From: the human T2T-CHM13v2.0 reference genome, Homo sapiens
Assembly (NCBI RefSeq): GCF_009914755.1
Contig: NC_060931.1
Length of the DNA stretch: 64,000 nucleotides
Direction: 5' to 3' (one strand)
Made by a program: the position numbers and the translations under genes
Shown: piece by piece, positions 1 to 14,042 of the stretch
Layout: each line of letters opens with the position of its first letter
Position numbering within the stretch: the first letter of the stretch is position 1
Notes under the pieces: model-generated
The model's database searches: none
The model's input: only the letters and a program-made list of their open reading frames with translations
What the model was told of the DNA's origin: nothing

Positions 1-53
1 GTGAGGTTTCTTGTCCTCACAGCTAGTCACCCAGAGAAGCTTAAGAAATCATT

Positions 54-230
54 ACAGGCATTGTGGCTCACACCTGTAATCCCAGCTCTTTGAGAGACTG
101 AGGCGGGAGCATCGCTTGAGAACAGGAGTTTGAGGCTGCAGGGAGCTGTGATGGTACCACTTCACTCCAGCCGGAGTGACAGAGCAAGCCCCTGTCTCTC
201 AAACAAATATAAAAATAAAACTGAAAAAAA
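54..230 (+). mobile_element. Free Alu monomer (FRAM/FAM-like or single-arm AluJ)
   Basis: GGCTCACACCTGTAATCCCAGC...GAGGCTGCAG...CACTCCAGCC...TGTCTC followed by an A-rich tail; monomer length; degenerate TSD AAGAAATCATTA/AAGAAATTACTT. Confidence 0.85.
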
Positions 231-1792
231 GAAATTACTTAAAATATTTTTCTTATGTAAAGAAGTACAAAATTTGAAACCCACTCTCCTAAACAATAGG
301 AATTCGTACGAAGAGTGATGGGCATATATTATGCCTCCCTCTTCTTCACTCCTGTCCAGTGTGTCCTAGATATGGGCGTCACAATGGCTAGTATATACCT
401 AAATGAAATGACAAAAAGTGAAGCTGAACCTTGTCTTCTTATGGAGAATATATTCAGAAGGTAGAATAAAAAGATATTTTAGGGTGATTGAGTTTAAACA
501 AGTAGAACCTGGTCACTCCAACCCCACCCCCGATCAGATTCTCAAAAATTAGACTTAGAAATCATAGTCCTGGATGTTAGTCACCCTTTCTGCAAGGGAA
601 TTGCTATCTGACCTTGCATATTGCATGTGGACAAGTTCAGAGCCATCAGATCCACCTGAGAAAGGAGGCAGGAAAAGAGGGCAAGCCTTATCAAGCTGCT
701 GTGGGGATGAATCCAGTCCGGTGGAAGAAACTATCCCACCTCTGAGCCCTGCCAGCACAAGCCATCTGTCTGCATCTAACAACACCATGGGCCTCAGCTC
801 TGAAGCCCCTCCCTTGGTGACTCAGCAATCAAACTGTTCATTTTGCACATGTTTTGTGTTTGATTCATTTAGTCACTGAGTCTTCAGTTTCTCTGCCTGC
901 TTTTTGCCCTGCTGATGGGGACCAGCCTCCAGGTCAGCACAGCAGGTTGAGCCTAGAGAGGCAATCACAGTCCCAGGATGAACTTTTTTTTTTGTCCCTG
1001 AAAGGGGCCTTTCCAGGAGACTCCCCAGGGGCTGCTGATATGCTCTTCCAAGGCTTTCCTGATTGTCTGTCCACCCATACCCAAGGGGAACTGATGTTTC
1101 TATCCTCTCCCATAGGCCTTTTCTAGGCTTTTTACCCACTTCCAGCCTGTCTCCTAGGGGCCTGATTGGCCCTCTCCACTTCTCCCAAGGCAGCCTTTCT
1201 TCACTTGCCTCAGCCACCTAATCTCTGTCCCACCAGTTTTGGGGTTTTCCTTACTCCATGCGTTTACCTTTCCACACTTGCACATGCACACAGCACCGCA
1301 TGAAAACTCCTAGGAATCTCTCCTTCAACATGGCTTAATAGTCCTTCTTACCTAATTTCCCAGTGACCTCTGACTCACAGTTACACAAAGGAAATGGACG
1401 TACACCTGGAGCCCAGCTGACTTGGGCTAAGGTTGGTCATGGCTCTAGGTTTGGTTTACCTTATTGGCTAGAAGACAGTAGAGGCCCAGGCACTGTGTGC
1501 TTTATGGATCGTCTTTCTAATTTACTTGAACCTGGGATCCATGGTCACTTCTAAGAGATCAAGTCTATTTTACTCTAAGTAGTTTCTTTGAGTAAGGTTG
1601 GACATTTATTTCCCTTGACATAAGGTAAACAAGTGTGCCTATGAGTGTGGCAACAATGAGGAGACATTGAATCCTCAAGTCACATTGGCATGCTTGTTGA
1701 GGCTTTTAAACGATCTCAGTATCACAGTTCTTGGTAATAACTGTAAAAACATAATCACAGGTGGCACTTGGCATGAAAGGTATGCTTGGTTC

Positions 1793-2130
<338 letters not shown>

Positions 2131-2996
2131 TAAATGGAGGTCTTTATGTTTCCAGTTCCGTGTCTTCCCACCTTCAGAAAGCACTATTTTGCTGAATTTG
2201 TCTAAAGGGCAGTAGCTTCTAGAGTAACCCCAGGAGCAGGTCTTCTCAAAATGCCTATTTATCAGCCTTTGCATGAGTTTTGTGGGAGCTGGATAGAATG
2301 GAAAAAGAAATGAGGAATGTTCTTCAGATATGACATTGTACAGATCTATTCTTCCAAAGAAATTTGCCTTGAGAATAGTACTCCAGACATGGAAGGGGCT
2401 CTAGGTATTTAGGCTATGGCAGAAGGTAACTTGTAACATCTTTTCAGAATTTTTGCAACCTCTGATTCTTTATTTGACATTTTTCTTTCTTAATAAGATG
2501 CACAGCTAGTACAGCAGCATCCTGTAATCCATGGATTTGGATGTTCTGGGCGTAATCATCCCTCAAAATGCAATACAGGTGTGGTTAGTCTAAGCCATCT
2601 TCCTGCAAAAACTTTCTATTCCTCATCCCCTCCTTAGACTCCCTGTTTTTGTAATATGTTGTCAACTGAACCACATTTATCATAAAATTTATCATTTTCT
2701 TTGTATTTCTACTGAGATCTAGATAGTCATCAACATGGGACATCTTTCCAGCTTGAAGCAAAAATTCTTGGTACTTAGGTATCTCCTGTAGCCTTGGTAG
2801 AGGCATGTGTGGTTAGGCCTTTCTGAATATTGAAAAGAGCTCCCTTATCCCCCAGTTGGATCCATGGAACTCCTGGTCCCAACCACTGAATTCAGCACTG
2901 CCTTGTTTTTGCCTCAATACCACAATGATGGAGAGAAGCTCTACTTTAGGATTCTTATCTGACAAATTAGACAGCAGGACCCCTTCTACCTTCTAA

Positions 2997-3396
<400 letters not shown>

Positions 3397-4650
3397 AGAG
3401 TGAGTTGTTTTTTAAGATCACACTGCAAGTTTATGTAAGAATCACTTGAATAACTTTTTGTTCCTGTTGGGTTAAGCTGGTGGGCTAGATGCTTGGAAGT
3501 TGTAGACCTTACTCTCAAGAAGTTTCTGTGCAAGAGAGCAAATAAGCAATAAGTAAAATTAACCACATTCAGCAGTAAAGAATGATTTTAAGCCAACAGT
3601 TTATGATGCAAGATTTAAGAGAATGGAAAAGAAGTTATTTCTTTTAAAAAAATCGTTTGAGATGAAATTCACGTAATATAAAATTAACAATTTTAAAGTG
3701 AACAGTTCAGTAGGATTTAGTATATCCACAGTGTTTTACAACCACTGCTTCTATCTTGTTCCCAAATATTTTCATCACTCCAGAGTAAAACCCCTTACCC
3801 ATTAAGTAGTCTGTACCTATCCCTTCCTCCCCATTGCCCTTAGTCCCCAGTAAACCTCTGATCTGTGTTCTGCCTCTTCAGATTTATCTATTTTGGAATC
3901 ATACACTCTGTGACCTTTTTTGTCTGGCTTCTTTCACTTAGCATAATGTTTTGGAGGTTCAGCCATGTATGTGTGTATAATTACTCCACTCCTTTTTATA
4001 GCTGAATAATACTCCAGTATTTGTATATAACATGATTTGTTTATCTGTACATGCACTGATGGATGTTTGGGCTGTTTATACCTTTTGGCTATTGTGAACA
4101 GTACTGCCATGAACATGTGTCACATATACTTGTTTATGTACCTCGTTTTGGTTCTTCTGCATATATACCTAGGAGTGGCATTGCAGGACGATATGATACT
4201 TCTACATTAAACTTTTTGAAGATTGCCGAACTATTTTCTAGAATGGCTGAACCATTTCAAGTTCCTACCAGCAATATATGAGGGTTCCAGTGACTCCACA
4301 TCACTTCCAACACTTGATATTTTCCTTTTTCTTAAAATAGCCACTCTTATGGGTATGAAGTGGTACCTCATTGTAAATTTGATATGCATTTTCTTGACCA
4401 ATGATGTTGAGCATCTTTTCATGTTTTTTGGCCATTTTTATATTTTTTTTTAGAGAAATGTCTACTCAGGTTTTTTGCTCATTTTTCAATTTGGTTATTT
4501 GTCTTTTTGTCATTGAATTGTAAGCATTCTTTATGTATTCTGGATACTAGATACATATGATTTGCAAATATTTTCACTCTCTAGGTTGTCTTTTCACTTT
4601 CTTGATAATAAATGCCTTTTGATGCACAAGGTTTTTAATTTGATGAAGTC

Positions 4651-5007
4651 TTAGCCTGTTTATTCTGTTGTAACAAACTACTTGACACTAGAGAATTTAT
4701 AAACAAAGGAAATTTATTTCTTACAGTTATGGAGGCTGGGAAATCCAAGACCAAGATGCCAGTAGATTTGCTGTTGGGTGTGGGGTGCTCGCTCTGTTTC
4801 AAGATTACACCTTGTTGCTGTGTCCAAGTGGTGGAAAAGCAAAAATGCCAAACTCTGTGTGAAGCCTCTTGTATAAAGGCCTTAGTCCCATTCAAGAGGA
4901 AGGAGCCCTCATGACCCAGCCTCCTCCTGAAGGCCTCACCTTTAAAACTATTGCATTGGAGATTAAATTTCAACATGAATTTTGAGAAACATATTGAGAA
5001 CATAGCA
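4651..5007 (-). mobile_element. Solo MaLR LTR (MLT1A/MSTD-like)
   Basis: AATTTATTTCTTACAGTTATGGAGGCTGGGAAATCCAAG...AAATTTCAACATGAATTT...CATAGCA; 5-bp TSD AAGTC (4646-4650/5008-5012). Confidence 0.85.
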
Positions 5008-5837
5008 AAGTCCAGTTTATCTGTTTTTTCTTTTGTTGTTAATGCATTTGATATCACATCTAGGAATTTATGGCCAAATCCAAGATCATGAAGATTTACC
5101 ACTTTACTTTCTTCTAAGAGTTTTATGGCTTTAGTTTTTATATTTAGGCTGTTGATCCACGTTGAATTAATTTTTGTACATGGTATGAGGTAGGGGTCCA
5201 ATTTCATTGTTTTGTATGTGGATATCCAGTTGTCTCAGCATCATCTGTTGAAAAGATTATTCTTTTCCTGTTAAATAGCTTAGGCATCTTGTTGAAAATA
5301 AGTTGGCCATAGGCATATGGGTTTATTTCTCAACTCTCAATTCTATTTCATTGGTCTGCGTGTCTATCCTTATGCCAGTAGTACACTGGTTTGATTACTA
5401 TAGGTTTGTAATTAAGTTTTGAAATCAGGAAGTATAAGTCTTCCAACTTTTTTCTCCTTTTACAAGACTATTTTGGCGATTGAGGGTCCATTGCAATTCC
5501 ATACAAATCTGTGGATCAGCTTTTGCATTTCTGCAAAAAGATCACTAGAATTTTGATAGAGATTGCATTGGATCTGTACATTACCTTGGGTAGTACTGAC
5601 ATCTTAACAATACTGTCTCCCAACCCATGAACACAGGGTGTCCGTCTATTTATTCAAGTCTTTTAAAATTTCTTTTAGTAATGTTTATTTTATAATTTTC
5701 AGCATATAAGTCTTTCACCTTTTTGGTGAAATTGTTTCCTAGATATTTCATTCTTTTTGGATACTAGTGTAATTGTATTATTTTCTTAATTTCCTTTTTA
5801 GATTGTTCATTGCTGATGTGTAGAAAAACAGCTGGTT

Positions 5838-8800
5838 GAGAATTTTTGCATCAATGTTCATCGCAGATATTGGCCTGAAATTTTCTTTTTTTGTTGTGTC
5901 TCTGCCAGGTTTTGGTATCAGGATGATGCTGGCCTTATAAAATGAGTTAGGGAGGAGTCCCTTTTTTTCTATTGTTTGTAATAGTTTCAGAAGAGATGGT
6001 ACCAGCTCCTCTTTGTACCTCTGGTAGAATTCAGCTGTGAATCCGTCTGGTCCTGGGCTTTTTTTGGTTGTTAGGCTATTAATTGCTGCTTCAATTTCAG
6101 AATTTGTTATTGGTCTATTCAGGAATTTGACTTCTTCCTGGTTTAGTCTTAGGAGGGTGTATGTGTCCAGAATTTATCCATTTCTTCTAGATTTTCTAGT
6201 TTATTTGCATAGAGGTATTTATAGCATTCTCTGATGGTAGTTTTTATTACTGTGGGTTCAGTGGTGATATCCCCTTTATCATTTTTTATTGTGTCCATTT
6301 AATTCTTCTCTCTTTTCTTATTTATTAGTCTGGCTAGTGGTCTATCTATTTTTGTTAATCTTTTCAAAAAAACTAGCTCCTGGACTCATTGATTTTTTTT
6401 TTTTTTGAAGGGTTTTTCATGTCTCTATCTCCTTCAGTTCTGTTCTGATCTATACTGGCAAACCAAATCCAGCAGCACATAAAAAGCTTATCCACCATAA
6501 TCAAGTCGGCTTCATCCCTGGGATGCAAGGCTGGTTCAACATATGCAAATCAATAAACATAATCGATCATATAAACAGAACAAATGACAAAAACCACATG
6601 ATTATCTCAATAGATGCAGAAAAGGCCTTCGATAAAATTCGACACCCCTTCATGCTGAAAACTCTCAATAAACTAGGTATTGATTTAACGTATATTGAAA
6701 TAATAAAAGCTATTTATGACAGACCCACAGACATACTGAATGGGCAAAAGCTGAAAGCATTCCCTTTGAAAACTGGCACAAGATAAGGATGCCCTCTCTC
6801 ACCACTCCTATTCCACACAGTATTGGAAGTTCTGGCTAGGCAGTCAGGCAAGAGAAAGAAATAAAGGCATTCAAATAGGAAGAGAGGAAGTCAAATTGTC
6901 TCTTTTTGCAGATGACATGATTGTATATTTAGAAAACCCCATTGTCTCAGCCCAAAATCTCCTTAAGCAGATAAGCAACTTCAGCAAAATCCCAGGATAC
7001 AAAATCAATGTGCAAAAACCACAAGCATTCCTATACACCAATAATAGACAAACAGAGAGCCAAATCATGAGTGAACTCCCATTCACAATTGCTACAAAGA
7101 GAATAAAATACCTAGGAATACAGCTTACAAGGGATGTGAAGGACCTCTTCAAGGAGAACTACAAACCACTGTTCATAGAAATAAGAGAGGACACAAACAG
7201 ATGGAAAAATAGTCCATGCTCATGGATAGGAAGAATCAATATCATGAAAATGGCCATACTGCCCAAAGTAATTTATAGATTCAATGTTATCCCTATCAAG
7301 CTACCATTGACTTTCTTCACAGAATTAGAAAAAACTACTTTAAATTTCATATGGAACCAAAAAAGAGCCTGTATAGCCAAGACAATCATAAGGAAAAAGA
7401 ACAAAGCTGGAGGCGTCATGCTACCTGACTTCAAACTATACTACAAGGCTACAGTAACCACAACAGCATGGTACTGGTACCAAAACGTAGATATAGACCA
7501 ATGGAACAGAACGGTGGCCTCAGAAATAACACCACACAACTACAACCATCTGATCTTTGACAAACCTGACAAAAACAAGCAATGAGAGAAAAGATTCCCT
7601 ACTTAATAAATGGTGTTGGGAAGACCTGCTAGCCATATGCAGAAAACTGAAACTGGACCCCTTCCTTATACTTTATACAAAAATTAACTCAGGATGGATT
7701 AAAGACTTAAACATAAGACCTAGAACCATAAAAAGTCTAGAAGAAAACCTAAGCAATACCATTCAGGACATAGACATGGGCAAAGACTTCATGACTAAAA
7801 CACCAAAAGCAATGGCAACAAAAGCCAAAATTGACAAATGGGATCTAATTAACTAAAGAGCTTCCGCACAGCAAAAGAAACTATCATTAGAGTGAACAGG
7901 CAACCTACAGAATGGGAGAAAATTTTTGCAATCTATCCATCTGACAAAGAGCTACTATCCAGAATCTACAAAGAACTTAAACAAATTTACAAGAAAGAAA
8001 CAACCCCGTCAAAAAGTGGGCGAAGGATCTGAACAGACACTTCTCAAAAGAAGACATTTATGCGGCCAAGAAACATGAAAAAAACTCATCATCACTGGTC
8101 ATTAGAGAAATGCAAATCAAAACTGCAATGAGATACGATTTCATGCCATTTAGAATGGCAATCATTAAAAAGTCAGGAAACAACAGATGCTGGAGAGGAT
8201 GTGGAGAAATAGGAATGCTTTTACACTGTTGGTGGGAGTGTAACTTAGTTCAACCATTGTGGAAGACAGTGTGGTGATTCCTCAAGGATCTAGAACCAGA
8301 AATAGCATTTGACCCAGCAATCTTATTACCGGATATATACCTAAAGGATTATAAATCCTTCTACTATAAAGACACATGCACACATATGTTTATTGCAGCA
8401 CTGTTCACAATAGCAAAGACTTGGAACCAACCCAAATGCCCATCAATGCTAGACTGGATAAAGAAAATGTGGCATATATATACCACAGAATACTATGCAG
8501 CCATAAAAAGGGATGAGTTCATGTCCTCTACGGAGACATGGATGAAGCTGGAAACCATCATTCTCAGCAAACTAACACAAGAACAGAAAACCAAACACCG
8601 CATGTTCTCACTCCTAAGTGGGAGATGAACAATGAGAACACATGGACACAGGGAGGGGAACATCACACACCAGGGCCTGTTGGGGGGTGGAGGGCTAGGG
8701 GAGGGATAGCATTAGCAGAAATACCTTATGTAGATGATGGGTTGATGGGTGCAGCAAACTACCATGGCATGTGTATACTTATGTAACAAACCTGCAGGTT

Positions 8801-8844
8801 CTGCAAATGTATCCCAGAATTTAAAGTGTAATAATAATAAAAAA
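5838..8844 (+). mobile_element. 5'-truncated, 5'-inverted L1PA (L1PA7/8-like): 5838-6451 inverted, 6452-8844 sense
   Basis: ORF2 fragments including RT motif LFADDMI; L1PA7/8-type 3'UTR and A tail; 16-bp TSD AGAAAAACAGCTGGTT/AGAAATACAGCTGATT (5822-5837/8845-8860). Confidence 0.95.
6452..8628 (+). pseudogene. Disrupted LINE-1 ORF2p (reverse transcriptase and C-terminal region)
   Basis: ORF track pieces 6523-6786, 6896-7585, 7557-7856 and 8386-8628 match ORF2p ([43 protein letters not shown]) and are broken by stops and frameshifts. Confidence 0.93.
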
Positions 8845-11029
8845 AGAAATACAGCTGATTTTTGTGTGTTGATCTTGCAATTTTGCTGAATTAATTTTAT
8901 TAGCTTTGGATTTTCTGTACATAGAATAATGTCTGCAAATAGAGAGGCCATTTCTTTCTTTTTCTTGTCTAATTGCCCTGGGTAGAACTTCCAGTGCAAT
9001 GTTGAATAGCTATAGATAAAAGCAGGCATCTTCATCTTGTTCATGATCTTAGGAAGAAAAGCTTTGTCTTTTTCCACTGAGTACAATGTTAGCTGCAGGT
9101 TTTTCATAAATATTCTTTATCATGTTGAGGCAATTCCCTTCTATTTCTAGTTTTGTGAGTATTTCCAGCATGAATGGGTGTTGAATTTTGTCAAAGGCTT
9201 TCTTGCATCATTTGAGATGGTCCTGTGGTAAGTAAAATCTTAAAGAGTAGGACTGATAACAGATACAGAGAAATGCGATTCTGGAGAAGTAAGTAACTAA
9301 CTTACAGTGGTAGGTGCATGACTAGTATCTGCAGAGATTAGTGCACAATCTAAATCACTGTGTAGAGTATTGGGGGCAGAGGACTGAATGCAGTACAGGC
9401 AAGGGCAGATTCTGAGTAGATCAGGGAGGACTTGATTGACAGATTGCCTTCATCTTGTCTCCATTCTGGAGATCCTTATGGTTTCTGAGCCCAGTCAAAC
9501 TAGGAATTGTACGCCTTGCTCATTGTTCTCTCCTTCTGTGTCTTCACTTCTCTTCCTTCTATTGACTTTCATGTCCCTCTAACAATCTTTCCTTTTTAAT
9601 TTTGGTAGAAAAGTGTCATGTAAAACAAAGAAAAAATGGAGTTTTTTGGTACTGTGTGATAAATCTTATGATTTTTTAGAATTTAGGAGTACACATAAAA
9701 TTGAGAGGTGAGCCAACTTTTTTGTTGGTTTATTTCTAGTTATGTATGGAGATAGACCTGCTAACCAGCCAACAGCTAGTGTCAGGGCTGTAAATTAGAC
9801 TGGAGGAAAGAATGAACTGCACATTTCTAGCTCCTGGGCCAAGGTTCCTGAGATTTTTGCCAGCCCTCTTCTAGACAGCAGCTTGGTACCTCAGCTGTCC
9901 TTCTCATCAGGGAGACAGATGGAACCTCTGAGGTTTCCTGTTGAGGCGTCTCAGAATTCAAAGTTGTTATGATGTGTGGGCTTTGAAAATGCCACACGTC
10001 AGGGAAGCTGAGTTTTTGTTTCTCAGGCTTTCTTATATTGAGCATGTGTTCCTTTCTGTCTTTGTGGCATTAAGTTTCATTATGTGTGTCCCCAAGCCTT
10101 TTCCTGGAATCTCAACAGAGGATGGGTTTTAGCTCTGTTGGAAGTTACATTCCATTAAGTGTGCTCAAAGATCTGCTTTACTACACACTCTCTCCTGCCC
10201 AATTCTTAGGCCAGCCCCTTTTCCTCTCCCTACTCTTGTCTAATTAGTCCTCTCCTTCAAAAGGCAGCCCTTTCATGGGATTCTGCTCCCCGAAGTAGTG
10301 GGCCCTGACTTAAGGGCCAGCCCATCTTTGTCCATGGCCATACTTATCAGGGATGTGACTATTTAGCTCTTTAACCAGGAGTCTGTCCTTTCTAGAGACC
10401 TTCCAGCATACTATTAACCTAAGTGCATAGGCAGAGGAGACCAGGAGCACTTGGTACAAATGTTAATGGCTTTTTCATTAGCGTACTTCATCACAGAATT
10501 CCAGCTGTTGGTGGCAGGAGGTGACAGTGAGGCGTCTCTTGGATAAGAAGGACGTGGAGATCTACGGAGATGAAAACTGAAAAGATGCATATGATTAGTC
10601 ATCAGAAAGATGTTTGACTTCTAAGTTTTTTCCAACAGCAGGTATGGCTGCATGGAAAATGCATACATCCATTGTTGCAAGGCCTTTATTTCCTTATCAC
10701 CATCATCAAGCAGTATTAATGAAGAAGCCAATTGTGCATGACATAGTGCAGGTCTCTGTATGTAGTTATGGAAAACGCTTCCACAGTTAAATTGAGTATG
10801 GATATGTAAAGTGATTAACCAAGACTTGACAGCTCACACAATTCTTTAATTGCAGCAAGCATCTCAAGTAAATACATAACTTTTAAGAAAATCCAGAACT
10901 ATAAAGTCTTAATTTTTGAAACAAATCATGATCTTTCACGTTACAAACAGATCTTTCTTTCTAAAAAGATGATTCACAATCTTTTATGCTGGAACATCAA
11001 ACATAGATTTTACTTTACTTCTTTTTAAA

Positions 11030-11260
11030 ATAATTGGTTTGTTAACAGTTAGGAAAGCCATACGTGTTATTTGTTAAAAAAATAAAAATAAAATGGAACA
11101 ATAAAGAAAATGTATCCAAACTATAAAAAGCAAAAGTCACCAACTTGTCCCAGCTGCACCCCCTCCACCCCACCCATGTTTCTGTTCCCACAGGACAACC
11201 ATTGCTAGCATTTCTCTCTGTAGTTCATCTCTTTTGAAAGTACATATGTAAGTGTGTGTT
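11030..11260 (-). mobile_element. Old L1ME-like 3' fragment
   Basis: A-rich block followed by CCACCCC...CCCACAGGACAACCATTGCTAGCATTT, typical of reversed ancient L1 3' ends. Confidence 0.45.
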
Positions 11261-13689
11261 AAATGATTATTTCAGAATTTATATTGATAAATGCCTATGT
11301 TTTCTATTATTTCAATTTGCCCACATGGAGGGTGATTGTTTTTTAGTGTGTTCCCTTAGCTTCTGGAATACAAAAGCTGATGCCTGTATACCTTGACTTT
11401 GCTGACGGCAGTGGTAGTGAGTTTAGTGCTTTCTACTTTTAGCTTTATGTTTTGCACTATTTTTGAATTATATCAATTAGCTATGATGTATACACATTCA
11501 GGATTCTTTAATTTTGGGTAAAAATAATTCTTCACTCTGTGCCTACTTAGCTAAGAATATCTTTAACAGAGGCAGAGCTGTGAAACCACCGAGCACCAAC
11601 ACTGCCTCTCTGGCTTTTGCAGGGACGCTTGGGTTTCAGGCTGTAACTCTTAGTTGCATTAGCCTCTGATAACTTTTTTGTTAATTGATAAGTATGTGTA
11701 TGACTCATCAAGATGCTGGTTGCTCAGTAAGATAAAATTATATTCTCTAACACTACTTCTCCTTTAGAAGCTTACTTACCTGCCTTGGTGTCTTCTGTCT
11801 CGGTCTTACTTTGTTTTTTAGTTTGTAGTTTGTTCTTCAGCTTACTAAACCTCTTTCATTGACTGTGGTATTGGCTACCGATTTAAAAATCCTTGAAGAC
11901 TTAAAACTCAGCAGACACGTACAGGGTGGACCCCTGCTTTTTCTCAAGTCTCCCTTCATCTCCAGGAACTGAATTTTTCATGCAGTAATTAAAATTTGTA
12001 GGTCAAGCCTCCCATGGCACCGTTTGCTGCTAATATGGGAAAGCAGTGATCAGATTCGCTTATGCTGCTCTTCACTGAGCTGAGACTTAAAGGATGAAGG
12101 GTGACATTTTCCCCCATTTTGTAAATTAATGCCATTGATCTGCCTAACAAGAACAAAGTTAGGCTTCAAAATACCAAATGATAAAGAGATTAAGACTTTA
12201 AATGGCTTTCCAAAAGGCAACCTCTATTGTAAGGCTCCGAGCTGACTATTGAACTTTCAATTAGAATTTCTAATAGGCTATTGACTTAAATGGACAAAAT
12301 GTTACAAGTGATAGCTTTCAAGATGACAAAGATTGCTTCTTACGTTCTGGAATATTACTTTATGTAGCGTGCACTGTTCTGGAGGGTGAATAATAATAAA
12401 CTGCCCTCCCCCTGTAGAGTGTCTTCTGCATCTGTGCTATAGTTTTCTCAAAGGTGAATAAATGCATTTTTTAAAGGCATTTTTGAAATACTTGCTTTTT
12501 CATGTGTTTGCTGAACACAGGTTTTATGAAACCTTTCATGGCAGGGAAGTCCCATTAGTCTTTAGCACTGTGGCACTATTCTTCTTTTATGAAAAATAGC
12601 CCATGTGGTATTTATTTCTCTGCACACATGTGTGTTCATGCATGTTAACATGTGTGTTCACAGTTGGGACACCAGCAGATCTGTTGTCTATCATTGCCAT
12701 GAGGATCAGTCCCTGAGGCCTTGCTCTCTGCCTCAGTTTACTGTTGTTGGAAGCTATGATTCTTTTCCACAATGGGCTTGCAGTGTAGTGTGACTCAATT
12801 TAGGCCTTGTTGTGAAACACTAGCTCTAATACATTTTTAAATACTAATTTTACAAAGACCAGCTACCTCTTCTAGGATAAAGGGTTAATATTATGCTTAT
12901 GTTACAGTGCATTAAAAACTCTAATTAAAACAGCATTACATTCCCATCTGCCAATCTCCAGTAATCTTCTTTAATTGCAGTAATTAAACTATATTTACAT
13001 GTTCAGAATACTTGTAATTTAGCAAATTGCACTCTCTGCTCTACATTTAATCAAACAACCAGTTCCAGTATATTTAGTGTGGAAAGAAGTAATTTCAATG
13101 TTTTGATTACTATAGCAGATTTGACAGAGTAAGTGCCCCTCTAGTAGAGGGCTTGAAAGGGAAGGCAAACATGAAATATAGTCATGGTTTTGATTGTCAT
13201 GTGAATGCCTAATTACATGTTGGAGGATTAACTATTAAAGGGTATCATGGTTGCAGTTGATGTTTAGAAACAGCCGGTATTACAGATAGCATAGACTGTC
13301 TTTTAGGAAAATTTCACAAGAAGTTTTCTCTTTAAAGGTTGTGAGATCATAGGAAAATTTAGTGAAAAGATCGCCTACATTGTATAATTGTTATTATGTC
13401 TTCTACCTGTGATCCCAAAGCCTGCTATACAAGATGGTTATTTTAGTCTTCCCAGTTAAAGCCCAGAAGAAATTCAATGATAAACAACCAAGAGAAATTG
13501 CAATGATTATATCAATTCAGGGATGAGTATTCCCTCATTTCGGTATCTTTTGGCAAGTCTGGTTGACTCTGGAGAGGACATGTGGTTTCCTGGAAAGGAC
13601 TCATCAGTAGAAGTCAGGCTTTTTTTATTTTACCTTTTGCTGCTGTTGTTGTTTTAAACCATGACTCTCTACTAGGCTGTTCCACCTAA

Positions 13690-14042
<353 letters not shown>

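Larger units (their letters stand above)
3640..9228 (-). mobile_element. Old L1M (L1MB-like) 3' part, split by an MaLR LTR (4651-5007) and an L1PA (5838-8844)
   Basis: L1MB-type 3'UTR at the left end; minus-strand ORFs resemble the ORF2 C-terminus (KLDPYLIP..KINSTWI, MRYHFIPIRVA); host sequence resumes seamlessly after both insertions. Confidence 0.9.

Noticed and set aside
574-1217. Cluster of 77-114 aa ORFs in a GC-richer patch
   Set aside because: Overlapping frames on both strands, no recognisable domain and no convincing exon structure
4635-5207. 190-aa ORF as a novel L1-LTR fusion protein
   Set aside because: Chance read-through from decayed L1M ORF2 into an MaLR LTR; no expression signals
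6896-7585. 229-aa ORF with RT motif as a functional gene
   Set aside because: Fragment of truncated L1 ORF2 flanked by stops and frameshifts; no promoter, ORF1 or endonuclease domain
8651-8706. G-quadruplex motif
   Set aside because: Ordinary G-rich tract of the L1 3'UTR
10481-10641. Possible exon (CATTAG or CATCACAG acceptor, CAG|GTATGG donor)
   Set aside because: Weak pyrimidine tract and no recognisable coding content; cannot be supported without RNA data
10842-12980. Shared 14-mer TTCTTTAATTGCAG (10842-10855, 12967-12980)
   Set aside because: Several 13-14-mer coincidences are expected by chance in 64 kb of AT-rich DNA
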